DNA from: a virus
Lineage: Duplodnaviria; Caudoviricetes
Virus record (IMG/VR): IMGVR_UViG_3300013947_000019
Location: 128,001 to 192,000 of that record
DNA: 64,000 nt
Strand: one strand, 5' to 3'
Part shown: positions 1-10,070 of the stretch, one piece after another
How the letters are laid out: each line of letters starts with the position of its first letter
Position numbering within the stretch: the first letter of the stretch is position 1
Position numbers and translations under genes: made by a program
Notes under the pieces: generated by a model
Told to the model about the DNA's origin: nothing
The model's input: only the letters and a program-made list of their open reading frames with translations
Database searches by the model: none

Positions 1-244
1 ATATCTAGCAAGATATTGTTTTGCTCCATCGGAACGAACCAACATAGAGTAAGTAGCGGGTCAAGTCACCCATCCTCTAGATGATTCTCTTATATGTTCT
101 GATTCCTGCCCTCCACTTAGCTTAAGCAATATTACATCGTTGTGGACAGGTGCCCTCATGAGCAGGCGTATTCATGAAGCATAATACCTTGAGCCCAGAG
201 CTAATTGCTATTCTCCAAGCTTGCCGTGTCACTCAAGACACTAC

Positions 245-329
245 TGGTGGGGATAAGAAGATTTGAACTTCCACGCCTTTTGACACGAGAACCTAAATCT
301 CGCGCGTCTACCAATTCCGCCATATCCCC
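245..329 (-). tRNA. tRNA-Leu (anticodon TAG)
   Basis: Minus strand folds as a cloverleaf: acceptor GGGGATA/TATCCCC, anticodon arm CGAGA-TT-TAG-GT-TCTCG, long variable arm, GTTCAAATC T-loop, encoded CCA. Confidence 0.95.
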
Positions 330-334
330 ATAAT

Positions 335-763
335 TTAATTTTTAATTCGCCCCAATTGTACTTGACGTGTATATGCACCACAGCAATGCTTAGAACAAAA
401 TGGACCCATAATATGTTTGTTTTTCTTATCTTTTCGATTACTGTTTCGTCTTGCTTCTGATTGTTGTTTTTGTGTCCAAATAAATGTACATCCGCACCAT
501 GGGCATTTCATAAATTTATTCTTATATTTTGAATTCTCTATAGCATGTTGTTTAAGATGATATTTTTTAAGTATAACTTCTAAATTATCCGGATCATTAT
601 TATCTGGATTATGGTCTTTATGGTGAACATCTTCATCTAATTTGAGTTTACGACCAAGTTTTTCTTCCATAATAATTCTCGGATATGATCTTGTTGTATA
701 TGTACCATCAGGTTTGCGACAAGAAACTATCAATCGCCCATAATTATTTCGATATGTTTTCAT
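335..763 (-). CDS. HNH endonuclease with C-terminal Cys-rich zinc finger (free-standing, homing-type)
   Basis: VHHKDHNPDNNDPDNLEV HNH motif; CPWC...FCSKHC; lies between tRNA genes. Confidence 0.8.
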   Translation of the reverse strand: MKTYRNNYGRLIVSCRKPDGTYTTRSYPRIIMEEKLGRKLKLDEDVHHKDHNPDNNDPDNLEVILKKYHLKQHAIENSKYKNKFMKCPWCGCTFIWTQKQQSEARRNSNRKDKKNKHIMGPFCSKHCCGAYTRQVQLGRIKN

Positions 764-845
764 TATTTTAATAGACTCTTTATTAATTTGTATTGATTAT
801 TGGGGTATAAAATTATAATACCCCAATAATCAATAAAGTTTTTGC

Positions 846-1139
846 TTAATAAGACATCATCATTCCAAAGATGCCAACTGCTGCAATGGCAATAATAAAG
901 GCCAGGCCAGCAATCACAGTGCCAACAACACTGCAGATGAACCCAGCCTTACGGATACCCTCATTGTTACCGGCAGCCTTAGCCTTGTTGGACATCACGA
1001 TGCCGATGATGCCACAGACCAGACCGACGACTGCTCCAATACCGAAGAAGCAGGAAGCTGCTGCTACGATACCCAGAATCAGCGCGGCCAATGCCTGGCC
1101 ATGATTGTTAGTGTTGATGTTGTTGTTCTCCATGATCAT
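846..1139 (-). CDS. Small membrane protein (DUF4190-like)
   Basis: Hydrophobic helices ALAALILGIVA...GLVCGIIGI...AGFICSVVG; SD AAGGAG. Confidence 0.65.
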   Translation of the reverse strand: MIMENNNINTNNHGQALAALILGIVAAASCFFGIGAVVGLVCGIIGIVMSNKAKAAGNNEGIRKAGFICSVVGTVIAGLAFIIAIAAVGIFGMMMSY

Positions 1140-1188
1140 TTTCTCCTTTTAAGTATTTTATTAGTTGCACTTCAGGTTTATGTCCTGA

Positions 1189-1263
1189 TGGTCCGAGCGG
1201 GGAATTCCGAGATCCCGGCCTCTTGTGCCCAAGACAAGCGCTCTGCCTCTGAGCTACGCCCGG
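1189..1263 (-). tRNA. tRNA-Pro (anticodon TGG) with atypical T-loop
   Basis: Acceptor CCGGGCG/CGCTCGG plus ACCA; D-arm GCTC/GAGC; anticodon arm CTTGT-CT-TGG-GC-ACAAG; T-loop CTCGGAA. Confidence 0.85.
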
Positions 1264-1563
1264 ATATGAAAGAGAGGAGAGGGGTACTGAAGAATACAAG
1301 TGGGGGAACTTATATACTCCAGTACCCCTTTGGGGAGGATAGATCCTTTGCAGGGGGTAATACAAAGGATCATTTATATTAATATGCAGAACAGAAGGTT
1401 TATAAACAGGAGGTTTACAATGCAAGGTGCATACTGCATATTAATACCATAAGGAATTTAATCTATATTATAAGAATGTATGTAAGATTGTAATTTTATA
1501 ATTACTCATTCATTCTTTCTACTAATATAGTATATATCTCAAATTCCTTCGTGTTCAGATACC

Positions 1564-3429
1564 TCAGATGTAATTCTGAATGAAACCTTCCAAGTGTACA
1601 GTACGAGCAGTGGCCAATTCATAAACTAGTGTGCTATTCTCAATCATAGTGGTGATAATAGATACTGGTTCAATGATTTGATTGTTAAATCGCGTTGTGA
1701 CTTCTTCGCCATTCGCTGCAGTATACTTACCAAACTCTTCATAATGTGAATCTACACCATTGATTTCATCAGCCGCAAAGATATCATTCAGATCCGTAAT
1801 ACCTTTCAGATTAAAATTCTTAATAGAAAATTCAGAATCCGAAATATGAACATTTGCGATATATTCAGTGACCATATTGTGAAGATCAACTATATCTACA
1901 TCAAAAGGACCATTATGAATCATATCAACTAAAGTATCAATAAATGAGTATTCAAAGATTGTACCTATGATCTGATTCTTATAATTATTCTCATGACGAG
2001 CTTTCTCTACATATTCATGAGAAATCAATGCAGCAAGTGCAAGAGAGTTACAATTAAGTACACCCTTCTCTACAGCTTCGGATGCAGACAACACTGCATC
2101 CAGAATCAATTCATATTTACGTTGAGAATCCTTCATTAACTTAGAGCCAATCTCAACTTCAATAAACTGGCCATAAGAAGTACGAAGACGTTTATTAAGT
2201 TCTAGTTTCTTGACTTCAGATTTTTCTTCATCCTGTTCTTTGCGCAGTTCATCATAACGAGCCTGTGCAACAGGACCAAGTTTCTTATGAATACGAATAC
2301 CCTTTACTTCATCAATATCAACTTGATATGAATCAGTAAACATCTCTTGAATCTTAGCCAGATGCCGTACATCACAATCAAATGTACAAAGTTCTGGGAT
2401 CATATCCTTATTAGATGCAATAGCTTGCCAGATAAGAGTTTCAAAGGTCAGCTGATTAACTAAACCACCAATACCTTTTTCATCAGTAATAATTGTACTA
2501 ATATCCTCCATAACCTCAGAGCTATAGGTTCGATAATCATCTAATGTAAAGATAGCTAAATTATTATAATCCTTGAAAAACTCTTCTACAGGAGTATTCC
2601 CTCGCATACTATTCAATTCAGCAATCAGAGATTTAAGAGTTCGTCTAGAAGCCTCACTGAGGCCATTACAGAGCACAATAATTGTCTTCGGATAAAATTT
2701 GCCGTTTGTATCCTGAGCTACATATCCCATCATAGCACGAATAACTTCTTCGTGTGCAATATCCAAAACACCATTACAGTGAAAAATTACACATTCTTTT
2801 TCCTCTGCTTTCATGGGACGAATAGAGAACTGTTTTGTAGCTTTAAAGAGCGGACTATTATGTACTGTCATGTTGAAATCTGTTGCAAGATTAGATTTAG
2901 CAATGGTGATATATGCACCATTCATCATCGCATCAGCCAGATTATATTCAATAGTAGCAGCCCAATCCGGATCTTGTACACATGTATAGAGCATTTGATG
3001 TAGATACTCACGTGTCATAGGAGCCTTATATGATTCAATAGCTTTGATAATATCATGAATGGTATTTTCCCAATCACGACGAGTAACAGTGCTGCAAGTA
3101 CGAGGAATCATCCCACGGATATTCTTATACATATTGGTATACAGAACACCAAGAGAAGTAGTACCATCTCCCACTTTATTGCCCTGCTGCTGAACTGCCT
3201 GATAAAGAATCTTCAGTACATACATAGAAAGCTCATTATCGAAACGAGTTAAACGCAGAGTTTCTTTACCATCTCGAGTATAGTAGGGAAGTCCATTCTG
3301 TGTCAGATAAGCATCTTTCGCATAGGGACCAAAAACAGTGACGATATCATCATGTAATTCTTTCATGGTTTTATCCATGATATCATAAAGATAATCGCCA
3401 CGAATCGCATTAGACTGGATGTTGATCAT
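1564..3429 (-). CDS. Phage GroEL/Cpn60-like chaperonin
   Basis: N-terminal TVFGP, KVGDGTTS ATP-binding motif, C-terminal IIEP; start moved to MINIQ at 3429, downstream of a GAGGA SD. Confidence 0.75.
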   Translation of the reverse strand: MINIQSNAIRGDYLYDIMDKTMKELHDDIVTVFGPYAKDAYLTQNGLPYYTRDGKETLRLTRFDNELSMYVLKILYQAVQQQGNKVGDGTTSLGVLYTNMYKNIRGMIPRTCSTVTRRDWENTIHDIIKAIESYKAPMTREYLHQMLYTCVQDPDWAATIEYNLADAMMNGAYITIAKSNLATDFNMTVHNSPLFKATKQFSIRPMKAEEKECVIFHCNGVLDIAHEEVIRAMMGYVAQDTNGKFYPKTIIVLCNGLSEASRRTLKSLIAELNSMRGNTPVEEFFKDYNNLAIFTLDDYRTYSSEVMEDISTIITDEKGIGGLVNQLTFETLIWQAIASNKDMIPELCTFDCDVRHLAKIQEMFTDSYQVDIDEVKGIRIHKKLGPVAQARYDELRKEQDEEKSEVKKLELNKRLRTSYGQFIEVEIGSKLMKDSQRKYELILDAVLSASEAVEKGVLNCNSLALAALISHEYVEKARHENNYKNQIIGTIFEYSFIDTLVDMIHNGPFDVDIVDLHNMVTEYIANVHISDSEFSIKNFNLKGITDLNDIFAADEINGVDSHYEEFGKYTAANGEEVTTRFNNQIIEPVSIITTMIENSTLVYELATARTVHLEGFIQNYI

Positions 3430-4231
3430 CAGTTGTTTCCTCTTTTCTTCTATTGGGAATCTGAAGATTTGCAAATGGGGTAAATGTACCAAACTCGTAT
3501 TTCTTCTCTAATGTATAATAATACATCATCTCAGTCATCCTCATAATGCTTGGGTATTCTGGTTCATAGTTATACATATATCTTCCTACAATGAATGTGA
3601 TTGGGCCATTGTATTTAATACTATGTAATCTATTTGCCAAGAGTATAGCACATTCAATACTGGAACACATGACAGCATTTATTTGATATTGTTGAACAAT
3701 AGCACTTGCCATACGCATATCTAATATACGATCTGAAGTAAATACCTTTACTTTATCGATCCATGGTATAGGGAACTTATCACATTCATAACGCAAAAGA
3801 TAACCAGTTATAGTCTTCTTAGAAAAACATACACCGAACTGATCCATAATATCAGTTGGGCTAATTTTTATGATATCATTATTCAATAGGTTTGGAATCT
3901 GTTCTTCATATTGAATAATATCTATCTTATCTTTTGTATGAATAAATAAGTCCAATGGATTTAGACTATATGCACGTTGAATATAATATGCTAATTGTTC
4001 TTCATAATCATGAGAAGTAAGTATTGGATAAAATCGTTTATCTACCTGCACTGCAAAATCTTTATCAAGTAACATCATACGGAAGATATCAAAGCTATGT
4101 ACACGTGTCACATCATAATCGATAATTAACATACGTGTACTTGACATCATTTGAGGGAAAAGATCCAAACTAGGTCTACTTGCTTGAATCTCCTCTCGTG
4201 TCAATGTTTTCTTAGAATCTTCCATACTCAA
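3410..4231 (-). CDS. Hypothetical protein
   Basis: 273-aa ORF abutting both neighbours in an operon. Confidence 0.7.
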   Translation of the reverse strand: MSMEDSKKTLTREEIQASRPSLDLFPQMMSSTRMLIIDYDVTRVHSFDIFRMMLLDKDFAVQVDKRFYPILTSHDYEEQLAYYIQRAYSLNPLDLFIHTKDKIDIIQYEEQIPNLLNNDIIKISPTDIMDQFGVCFSKKTITGYLLRYECDKFPIPWIDKVKVFTSDRILDMRMASAIVQQYQINAVMCSSIECAILLANRLHSIKYNGPITFIVGRYMYNYEPEYPSIMRMTEMMYYYTLEKKYEFGTFTPFANLQIPNRRKEETTDDQHPV

Positions 4232-5287
4232 TTAAGTGAAATCATCCAAGGTGACCTGCTGAAGAGTGGCAGCAGACAAAGTCACATCTACATTATCAGT
4301 AGGAGTAGAAGGAGTACCAGCATTTGCCATATTAGCCTGGGTCTGCTGATAGGAATTACGATTACCGGTACTGTTACCACCATACTGACCACCACGACTC
4401 CACTGACCACCCTGAGAAGTACGACGATAGTTATTGGGGTTAGGACCAGTACCATTGTTGTTATTACCATAACTATTCCCACGGCTATAAGAAGACTGAC
4501 CAGTCGTGCGAGCACCACCAGTAGTAGCTGCAGTAACAGTCTTCATCTGATCAATACCCATAGAAGCGCTAATAGCCGTCAGAGCATTAATACCAGCCAT
4601 ACGATCCATCTTAGTGGCTTCCTTCACAGCATGTGCCTGAGCCATAGTAAATGCCTTACAAGCTTCATTTATAATCGTATAAAACTTCTTGAATTCACCA
4701 ATAGACTTGATATCATCCTTAGAAGAACCAGTATTATGATCATACCCGCGCATAACCTTCATTCCACTGAAAGGATATACTTCAAAGGTATTCGTTCTCT
4801 TACCAGCATCCACGTTCTTATAGATAACCAGATACAGACCCATCGGCTGATTAATATTGGAACCATTGGAAATCTCAACGATGACGTCCTTCTTCTGATT
4901 ACCTTCAACAGCAACAGACTCAAAAGTATTCGTCTGCTTCAGAGACTCCATAACTTCTTCCATAATATTGCGAAGAGCAAACATCGTACTGAAAGAGCAG
5001 ACCGCATTAAATACCTGTGCATTACGTATTGCATTAAAATCCAGAAGAGTACCGGGCTGATACGTACCGATTTCAATTGTCAGGAAACGATTCCAATAAC
5101 GAGTACGAAGGAACTTACCAACCTTATCATTGGTCATCATGACGCCTTCCGTCTGGCTATCAGTATTAGCTGGACGATTAAAAGCCTGACTATTACCACC
5201 AGCAGGACGATTATAACTATTGCGGGGAGGATAGTTGCCAGCAGGCTTAGGGCCAGAATTATACTGGGAATAGTTATTCATAGGCAT
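4232..5287 (-). CDS. Putative single-stranded DNA-binding protein
   Basis: Globular core, long G/N/Q/S-rich disordered tail and acidic-hydrophobic end LDDFT, which is the SSB architecture; near replication genes. Confidence 0.4.
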   Translation of the reverse strand: MPMNNYSQYNSGPKPAGNYPPRNSYNRPAGGNSQAFNRPANTDSQTEGVMMTNDKVGKFLRTRYWNRFLTIEIGTYQPGTLLDFNAIRNAQVFNAVCSFSTMFALRNIMEEVMESLKQTNTFESVAVEGNQKKDVIVEISNGSNINQPMGLYLVIYKNVDAGKRTNTFEVYPFSGMKVMRGYDHNTGSSKDDIKSIGEFKKFYTIINEACKAFTMAQAHAVKEATKMDRMAGINALTAISASMGIDQMKTVTAATTGGARTTGQSSYSRGNSYGNNNNGTGPNPNNYRRTSQGGQWSRGGQYGGNSTGNRNSYQQTQANMANAGTPSTPTDNVDVTLSAATLQQVTLDDFT

Positions 5288-5544
5288 ATTATATTACCAA
5301 CCTTTCTTTGAGAAAGAATCATCCTCTCAGCCCGAGATACTGAGAGGAATCATCTTTTCTATTTATTGTTATTATTCTTGTTTTACTCTCGGTATATTAT
5401 ATTGTCAATGAAATATTCTTTTACTACTATGCCGAGGTTGATTTCTTCTTAAAATATTTCTCATATAAGAAAACTCGAAAAGAAGAAAATGATAATCTTA
5501 TTAATAAGATAATCAATAATACCTGTCCAGGTATATTGGTTAAC

Positions 5545-6465
5545 TTAAGCAAGGTCAGCAGGATCCACGTCGGTATGAAACCCGGCGATATTTGGTACCT
5601 CCTCATCTGCTGCAGTCTTTACTGCATTCACAATCTCATGGATCTTATCATCTGTAACTGCATTAGTCTGCACTTTAGTGAGATCAGTTGCATCAGCATT
5701 AGATACATTATGAGAATGATCATAACAACAAGGAATACCATTTGTCTTATTTACATTTTCCAAACGAGCAGCAAAGAACATAGCCTGGATCTTCAGAATC
5801 TCCAGATCAGTATTGGTAATATACAGATCATAAGAATACTTATCTACATTCTTATCACACTCATTTTCATATGCAGCAGGATCAACAAGACCCTGCACAC
5901 ACATAGTCAAACAAGCAATGCCGAAGTATCTTTCAATATCTTTCTTCAGATTTGCAATCTCTTCGGGTTCGCGTACATGAATGAAAATAACATCATAACG
6001 CTCACGCTCATCTTCATGCATTGTCAGTACATGACGAGTCTCTTCAAGCATATTGATATTCGGCCCATCGTTAAAATTAGACCAAGCCATCTTTAACTCA
6101 TGAAGAAACTCACGATATTTATCACTCTTATCATCCATTTCTTTCTTACTATCGACTGTACTATAGTCACTGCTTACAGTCAAATTGATCAGAGTAGAAG
6201 CAACTTCTTTAATTGGATCGATTGTAGAGATATTATATACTGCCAGACTTTGATTTACGAAGTTAATGAAAGTATCTTTACCATTACCACCAGCACCACT
6301 GATCAGAATAACAACGGGCAGAGGATCATCCATCCAATTCTCATCAGTGATAACCTCTTCGATACCCTTCTGATTACTGATCGTGATATCTTTGGAGAGG
6401 CTCTCTTTCAGAGCCTTCTCCAGTTCAATAATCTTATTGAAATCTGCACCACTATATTTAAACAT
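5545..6465 (-). CDS. P-loop kinase (deoxynucleoside monophosphate kinase-like)
   Basis: ILISGAGGNGKDT Walker A, HVREPEE motif; ATG at 6465 after AGGAGG. Confidence 0.6.
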   Translation of the reverse strand: MFKYSGADFNKIIELEKALKESLSKDITISNQKGIEEVITDENWMDDPLPVVILISGAGGNGKDTFINFVNQSLAVYNISTIDPIKEVASTLINLTVSSDYSTVDSKKEMDDKSDKYREFLHELKMAWSNFNDGPNINMLEETRHVLTMHEDERERYDVIFIHVREPEEIANLKKDIERYFGIACLTMCVQGLVDPAAYENECDKNVDKYSYDLYITNTDLEILKIQAMFFAARLENVNKTNGIPCCYDHSHNVSNADATDLTKVQTNAVTDDKIHEIVNAVKTAADEEVPNIAGFHTDVDPADLA

Positions 6466-6478
6466 AAGATTACCTCCT

Positions 6479-7468
6479 TTAAATTCGAACAATGTTCGTA
6501 TAATAAGTCATTGTTGCTCCATTATGAGTTGTTTTTCCAGGACTCATCCCAAGAGGTTTGAAAATTTGCCCAAACAGTTTCATATTATCAGATACCAGAG
6601 TTTCTACATCGATAATAGATAACAACCATTCTGGAACTTCTTCTAACTCACTTGGCATAGCAATTGCTTTGATACCCTTACCCTTCTTAACTTTACCAGT
6701 TGCAGGATCAATGGTATCTCCTACTTCATCATTCTCATCAAATAACTTACAAATCTTCTTATAAATATCTGGCCATCTTTCTAATGGAGCTGCATCTTGT
6801 TTATTTCTTAACTGTACTTTGACCAAAGTAACAGTTGCTGGTAAATCAATTCGTTCTTTATCCGGCATTACATAATTCCAAATAAAGACTGCTTTATACT
6901 GACCAATTCGCATTGGATCTGCATATCCATCAGGAGTCTTTACTCGAATAGATCTCTTCAGATATCCAGTATTACCAGAACGAATTTCATTACCCATTTG
7001 TCTCTGGAAATCATTAATTGTCTTATACGTTCTTCTCAAAGATATCTTTTCATCGGGAGGATCAAGTAATTCACCCATCAATACTTTATCGTAGATAAAC
7101 TTACTTGTATCTTCAGACGCTGTACTCTTAAAGAAGTTAACACCTTTCACATCGATCTTTGGTTCTTTAAAGACAACCTCTTCCTGTCGTTTCTGAAGCC
7201 CAACATAGGACTTCTTGGCAAACGTAACCATAACTCGAGAATAATAAAACTCATTCTTCATATTAATATGCTGTCTATCTTCTTCAGCAATATTTGCAGT
7301 TCCACAATAAAACCACAAACGCTCCATAATTGCTTTTGTACTGAAGTTCGACAATACGTTTAATACACGAAGTTTATACGCTTCTCGATCTGATTTCTTT
7401 CTGAAAAGTTTTCCTTGAAGAACATTTTCGATCAGATATTTATAAAGTGAACCATAATGAAGAAAGTT
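6479..7468 (-). CDS. DNA polymerase family B, polymerase subunit, exon 3
   Basis: Open frame from AAC at 7468 (NFLHYGSL...) continues into ORF 6479..7354; KKSYVG and IDVKGV motifs. Confidence 0.85.
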   Translation of the reverse strand, partial: NFLHYGSLYKYLIENVLQGKLFRKKSDREAYKLRVLNVLSNFSTKAIMERLWFYCGTANIAEEDRQHINMKNEFYYSRVMVTFAKKSYVGLQKRQEEVVFKEPKIDVKGVNFFKSTASEDTSKFIYDKVLMGELLDPPDEKISLRRTYKTINDFQRQMGNEIRSGNTGYLKRSIRVKTPDGYADPMRIGQYKAVFIWNYVMPDKERIDLPATVTLVKVQLRNKQDAAPLERWPDIYKKICKLFDENDEVGDTIDPATGKVKKGKGIKAIAMPSELEEVPEWLLSIIDVETLVSDNMKLFGQIFKPLGMSPGKTTHNGATMTYYTNIVRI

Positions 7469-7851
7469 CCTTGTTTTCAGATAGGGTCGTTATTCCTATC
7501 CCGTTCATAATGAACCGCTTACGGATTTCCCGTAAGAGAAGACTATATCATTCAACCACGCATTGGTGTGGTATATATTCTGCGCTTTGAGCTCACTTAA
7601 GCCCTCACTTACTCACGCTACCCATTACCATGCTAATGGACGCTTTCAATTAGTCGTTGAACCTTCATCCGTTCTGGATGCTTGGCTGCGGGTTAACCAA
7701 TCCTTATCTCTTTTACGATACATCTGGTCTTTCTCCAGATCCATAATCTACATTCCTGTGATTACTTCGTGTATAAGGCTCTAAGGTATAACTTATCATA
7801 AGTTACTTACGTTCCCGTCAATTCACAGAATTTAGAGATTCCCACTTCTTA
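7469..7851 (-). mobile_element. Group I intron 2 of the DNA polymerase gene (383 nt, no ORF)
   Basis: 5' splice site after U with P1 AGATTCT/GGAATCT (U.G pair); P7 elements GTTCAACGACTA and GATATAGTCT; terminal G before AAC. Confidence 0.85.
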
Positions 7852-7860
7852 AGAATCTGT
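7852..7860 (-). CDS. DNA polymerase 9-nt micro-exon 2 (ACA GAT TCT = T-D-S)
   Basis: Restores catalytic motif C IVID-TDS-NFL in frame between exons 1 and 3. Confidence 0.85.
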
Positions 7861-8153
7861 CCTATAGTACCCCTAGTTTCCTAGTATTTAAAAGGGAGTG
7901 GACTATACAATCTCATATGAGTCGGTATTATAGTCTCTGAACGTCTACCACCGGCACTACCCGCTGAGGTATTTCGATGCGTCTGAGTGACTTGCACACT
8001 CGGTTACCCCTGACTTGATTGTTTTTATGGTTTCTGATCTTTTAAAGATATACCGCATTCACGCTTACCGTTTCCGGTTACGTTGTAGCCTATCAAGGTT
8101 ATGGGGGCTTTCCCGCAATTTAACCGATTTTACATCGACTAGATTTCAAGTTA
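7861..8153 (-). mobile_element. Group I intron 1 of the DNA polymerase gene (293 nt, no ORF)
   Basis: 5' splice site after U of GAT with P1 ATCGAT/GTCGAT; P7 elements TTCAGAGACTA and GTATAGTCC; terminal G. Confidence 0.85.
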
Positions 8154-9158
8154 ATCGATAACAATGGTACATTTTCTTTTCTGATATCGAGTTCTATCTT
8201 CATATCGGAAGATACCATGTTTATAAGCTACAAATTCCAAAACCCAATCTGTTAACTTATCAATCATCGGTTTAATCTCTTCCGGCATAATATTTGGATC
8301 GATAAACTCTACATCAGCACATGCTATATCAGAATATAAATAAGCAGGTTTCTTCAAAGATAAAAACTCTCTGATATTTGCTTTATAATATACTCTGATT
8401 CGCATCTCATCACTTAAACTATCATATACCTGACCAATCTCTTCTGGATTACACAATGATTCATGACCAAACTTCTTCGTATATCGATCTATGAACTGTT
8501 GTCGACTTGGACTAATCCCCACAACATCCCATACATCATATTTCCAATCCGGTTCTTCATGAATGATATTATATACCCAGTTATAGAATTCAGTCATATG
8601 GAAGAATAATACATTATCTTCCAATAGATTTTCAAAACATTGACAAGCTGTACTGATCTGTCCACGACCACAGGATGTAACACTCATTGCTGAATGAATG
8701 TTATATAAAAAAGAAGAAGACTGACCTTCTGCACCATATCCTGAGTTTGCGGCCTTTTTATCGTTTGCTTGCTGAAGATCCTTAACCGCTGCTAAGAATT
8801 CATCACCAGCCTGCATTGCTTTAAACTTTTCTTTCTTATGAATCTTACGAATATCAAGCATATCATCCTTGATAATTTCGACATTCACATTACGCTTTTG
8901 CGACTTTGGATAAAAATAAACACCCGACTCAGCAATCAATGGTTTAGAATTCCTAAACCAATCCACTAAACTTAATAGTGTTGCTGATGCCAAAGTGTTT
9001 TCATAATTATTAAAAATCTTTACCTCTGTATCCTTTACGCGTTTTGCATATATCTGTGCAACCATCTCTTCTATCTTACTCTTCTCTACCTCTGGATGAG
9101 TTGCACACATTGCCATTGTCATACGAGAGATCCATTCGTGCTTCATTATCTCTTTCAT
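8154..9158 (-). CDS. DNA polymerase family B, polymerase subunit, exon 1
   Basis: Motif B QQANDKKAANSGYG; ends IVID immediately before intron 1. Confidence 0.85.
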
Positions 9159-9376
9159 ATCAAGGCCTCACCTCCATAATATATAGAAGTTAGTGAAAAT
9201 GTGGAAAAAGAAACGGTTCTATATACAATTAAATATTCAAACATTAATATAAGCATTGTAGTCTGATAAACTGGACACTTATCAGACCGAGAGATGACTG
9301 AATAATGCTAAAAATGCTTGCGCAAGTATTTTTGTCTGTTCAAAAGAATAATCAACATAAGGAGGATTATTGAATT

Positions 9377-9940
9377 ATGAGTAAGTTCCTGAATGACCTC
9401 CGTGCATTTGCCAATCGTGAGGATGATGTGTTCACCAATGAGTCCACTGAGATCGATGGTTTCGATTTCGAGAACGATGAGCAGTTCATGCAGGAGTGCT
9501 ATGCTGCTTGCCTTCCTTCTATTATCCAGAATGAGCTCCTGGGTGAGTCCGCTGAGATGATGGATGAGGCTACCCGTGAGGCTTTTGTTCGTGTTGCTGA
9601 TTACCTGGAAGGCCAGGGTTATCTGCCCATGAGCGAGTCCACTAGTGTCACGCTGAACCAGAAGACCAATGTTATCCATATGGGTAAGGCTGCTACGATC
9701 GCTCGTCTGAAGTCTATTATCACCCTGAAGATGGCTCGTAAGGCTGGTGATCGTAAGTTCACCAAGTATAAGATGGGCTGCAAGATCAAGAAGGATAACA
9801 TGGCTGAGATGAAGAAGAAGTATGGTGATAAGGCTGAGCGCATTGCTAAGAAGCTGTATGCTCAGACTCAGAAGAACCATAAGGTTTCTGGTGCTGTTTC
9901 CGAGAAGAAGGAAGAGATCAAGGCTAATAAGAAGAAGTAA
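9377..9940 (+). CDS. Probable virion (head) protein
   Basis: Strong SD, late-type promoter at 9240, biased codon usage, acidic N-terminus with xxES motifs and basic C-terminus. Confidence 0.5.
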   Translation: MSKFLNDLRAFANREDDVFTNESTEIDGFDFENDEQFMQECYAACLPSIIQNELLGESAEMMDEATREAFVRVADYLEGQGYLPMSESTSVTLNQKTNVIHMGKAATIARLKSIITLKMARKAGDRKFTKYKMGCKIKKDNMAEMKKKYGDKAERIAKKLYAQTQKNHKVSGAVSEKKEEIKANKKK

Positions 9941-9945
9941 TTAAA

Positions 9946-9980
9946 TACTCCCGGGGTTATTCCTCGGGAGTTCTTCTTTT
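9946..9980 (+). terminator. Intrinsic terminator between convergent genes
   Basis: ACTCCCGGGG/CCTCGGGAGT stem followed by a T-rich tract. Confidence 0.7.
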
Positions 9981-10070
9981 AGAAAAAAAAAGAAAATATC
10001 ATTGGAAAGGATGGGAGAGTAGAGGCGGGGGAACCTCTACTCTCCCTATACACGAGAGGCAATCGATTGA

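Noticed and set aside
4151-5311. Long antisense ORFs (also 9308, 10092, 32921, 60467)
   Set aside because: Shadows of highly codon-biased genes on the opposite strand; no SD, and unnatural I/L/S/T/H-rich composition
7563-7784. ORF inside intron 2 as a homing endonuclease
   Set aside because: Antisense to the intron, 73 aa, no HNH, GIY-YIG or LAGLIDADG motif; overlaps ribozyme core elements
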